Assembly: GCA_950097015.1 (NCBI GenBank)
Contig: CATNEN010000026.1
Coordinates: 1,302,001 to 1,366,000, forward strand
Direction: 5' to 3'
DNA: 64,000 nt
DNA from: Macrostomum hystrix
Taxonomy: Eukaryota > Animalia > Platyhelminthes
In this document: positions 61,500 through 64,000 of the stretch, in pieces
Position numbering within the stretch: position 1 is the stretch's first letter
How the letters are laid out: the number at the start of each line of letters is the position of its first letter
Program-made: the position numbers and the translations under genes
The notes under the pieces: model-generated
What the model saw: the letters and a program-made list of their open reading frames with translations, nothing else
Database searches by the model: none
Told to the model about the DNA's origin: nothing

Positions 61500-62930
61500 C
61501 ACACGGCGGCTCATACGGAGGCCCGTACAGGCCCGTACACGGCGGCCCACACAGGCCCATAAACGGCGGCCCTTACAGGCCCATACACGGCGGCCCATAC
61601 AGGCCCGTACACGGCGGCCCATACAGGCCCATACACGGCGGCCCATTTTGGCTTGTATACACTGGCCCTTGATGGCCCATATTGGCCCACAAATACTGCC
61701 ACATATACCGGCCCACATTGGCCCACACATACTGGCCCATTTTGGCCCACATATACTGCCACATATACTGGCCCATATTGGCCCACATATACTGGCCCAT
61801 ATTGGCCCACATATGCTGCCACATATACTGGCCCATATTGGCCCACATATACTGGCCCATATTGGCCCACATATGCTGGCCCATATTGGCCCACATATAC
61901 TGGCCCATATTGGCCCACATACGCTGGTTCATATTGGCCCACATATACTGGCCCATATTGGCCCACATATACTGGCCCATATTGGCCCACATATACTGAC
62001 CCATATACTGGCCCATATTGGCCCACATATACTGGCCCATATTGGCCCACATATGCTGCCACATATACTGGCCCATATTGGCCCACATATACTGGCCCAT
62101 ATTGGCCCACATATGCTGCCACATATACTGGCCCATATTGGCCCACATATACTGCCACATATACTGGCCCATATTGGCCCACATATACTGCCACATATAC
62201 TGGCCCATATTGGCCCACATATGCTGCCACATATACTGGCCCATATTGGCTCACATATACTGGCCCATATTGGCCCACATATACTGGCCCATATTGGCCC
62301 ACATATACTGGCCCATATTGGCCCACATATACTGGCCCATATTGGCCCACATATACTGGCCCATATTGGCCCACATATACTGGCCCATATTGGCCCACAT
62401 ACGCTGGTTCATATTGGCCCACATATACTGGCCCATATTGGCCCACATATGCTGGCCCATATTGGCCCACATATACTGGCCCATATTGGCCCACATACGC
62501 TGGTTCATATTGGCCCACATATACTGGCCCATATTGGCTCACATATACTGGCCCATATTGGCCCACATATGCTGGCCCATATTGGCTCACATATGCTGGC
62601 CCATATTGGCCCACATATACTGGCCCATATTGGCCCACATATACTGGCCCATATTGGCCCACATATACTGGCCCATATTGGCCCACATATACTGACCCAT
62701 ATTGGCCCATATTGGCCCACATACGCTGGTTCATATTGGCCCACATATACTGGCCCATATTGGCCCACATATACTGGCCCATATTGGCTCACATATACTG
62801 GCCCATATTGGCCCACATATACTGACCCATATTGGCCCATATTGGCCCACATATCCCAGCCTATATTGGCCTACATATACTGGCCCATATTGGCCCACAT
62901 ACGCTGGCCCATATTGGCTGGTCCATATAT
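61500..62930. repeat. 24-bp minisatellite (ATATACTGGCCCATATTGGCCCAC) with 36-bp variant
   Basis: Direct inspection. The variants change amino acids in the frames I checked. Confidence 0.92.
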
Positions 62931-63223
62931 TATAGCGCATAGGGCCAAAGTAATTACTAATTACTATAAAAAACAAGTACCTATTTCTCTTTAATACGGC
63001 TTGCCTCTTAAATATTTACTTGCCATGTAACTAATTGTGAATGGATTGTGAATGAGCAATGCTTGTATTGCGCAAAACTTGCACAGCAACATGTGTAGGA
63101 TACAAGTAGGAAACAAATTAATAGAAAGATTGTAACGCATGGATTGATTGGTTGACTGAAAGGTTCAGTCATGTAGGACACATTTGGTTTTCATAACCAC
63201 ATACTCTCCGCTGCATCTATAGT

Positions 63224-63597
63224 CTAGGTTTTCTTCTTCGCTTCAGCAGCTGACAGATCCCGCAATGGCCGCTTACGACGAGGCAACGACTTCATAGCTT
63301 CGATAGGCGCTTCAGGGGGTGTAGGGGGCATCTCGATTGCCCAAAACTGGGCATCGCCAGTTCGAATCTTCGGCTGGTTGCTGCGATGCCTGCCGGCCAC
63401 CTGTAGCCTCTTTCTTCGACTCTCAGGCGACAGATCGGCAAACCAGGCCTCGCAGTCCGGACAACAGTGCGCCTGGAGCTCCAGTCTGTCCTCTTTGCGT
63501 CGGCAGACATGCACACAGGCCGGCCCGGAGCTTCTCTCTGGAAGCCGATTGTAATCCGCTCGAATTTCAGCCGCCGTCTTTCCTTCGAATATGCCGC
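63224..63597 (-). CDS. CtIP/Sae2 (RBBP8-like) C-terminal domain, terminal exon; 5' boundary uncertain
   Basis: RRKEDRLELQAHCCPDCEAWF..RRKRLQVAGRHR..QFWAIEMP follows the CxxC / RHR / FW pattern of the CtIP_C domain. Stop TAG at 63224-63226. ATTAAA on - at 62990-62995. Confidence 0.75.
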
Positions 63598-63850
63598 CTA
63601 AGGCGTGCCGACGAACCCCGTCTCTGGGGCCTGCGGCCTCAGACCCATCATCGCCGCACTCGCCGGGGCCCTGGGTCTCAGACCCATCATCGCCGCATCA
63701 TCATCATATATATTCTCGGGATCGGGATCGGGATTGGGATATATATATATACTCGGGATCGAGTACCTTCAACCCTTAATCGATACTTTATCACTTTGAA
63801 ACCTTCAAGACGAACAAATCAGTTACAAAATCACTGCGGGGAACAATCGC

Positions 63851-64000
63851 TTAAGGATCGATATCGGCGGCATCGTTTTCGCCGGCTCCGGCGGCAACAG
63901 TGGCAGTAGCTGCGGCGCCAGCGTTGTCGCCGACAACGGAGGCACCAGCTGCCGCGGCAGTCGGGACATCGGCGGCGGTAACGGTCTGCAGTCCCCTCTG
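63851..64000 (-). CDS. Probable coding segment running off the window edge (Ala/Gly-rich, ends ..ENDAADIDP*); identity unknown
   Basis: GC-rich and exon-like. The frame is ambiguous because a Pro-rich alternative frame is also open. Confidence 0.35.
   Translation of the reverse strand, partial: QRGLQTVTAADVPTAAAAGASVVGDNAGAAATATVAAGAGENDAADIDP

Noticed and set aside
61477-62994. GPYWPTYT / GQYGPVYV / AHIGPHIL repeat ORFs as structural or adhesive proteins
   Set aside because: Open in most frames, variants change amino acids, and I found no supporting splice or signal exon.

Overview
Eukaryotic (animal) genomic DNA. It has GC-rich spliced exons, CAG tracts and introns filled with minisatellites; this style suggests a Macrostomum-like flatworm, which is an inference only. 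I rebuilt the spliced gene models by hand from splice signals and reading phase. (1) The 3' part of CNOT1 on + (6 exons, <1-8005). (2) A two-coding-exon secreted neuropeptide precursor on +, not recoverable from the ORF track. A signal-peptide exon (16699-16773) splices in phase 0 to an exon (21455-22144) encoding 26 copies of FDPLIM separated by dibasic sites, which looks like a tandem repeat. (3) HERC2 on - (25 exons, 60950-24979, about 4,166 codons) with cyt-b5-like, MIB/HERC2, UBA-like, CPH, ZZ, DOC, RLD2, RLD3 and HECT regions. No N-terminal/RLD1 exons are visible in the window. (4) A CtIP/Sae2-like C-terminal exon on - (63597-63224), about 2.3 kb upstream of the first visible HERC2 exon. 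Other elements are two hAT-type non-autonomous elements carrying a minisatellite (one with a perfect 8-bp TSD), tRNA-derived SINEs, a GC-AG intron and about 30 tandem arrays. Most long ORFs in the supplied track are artefacts of these arrays.
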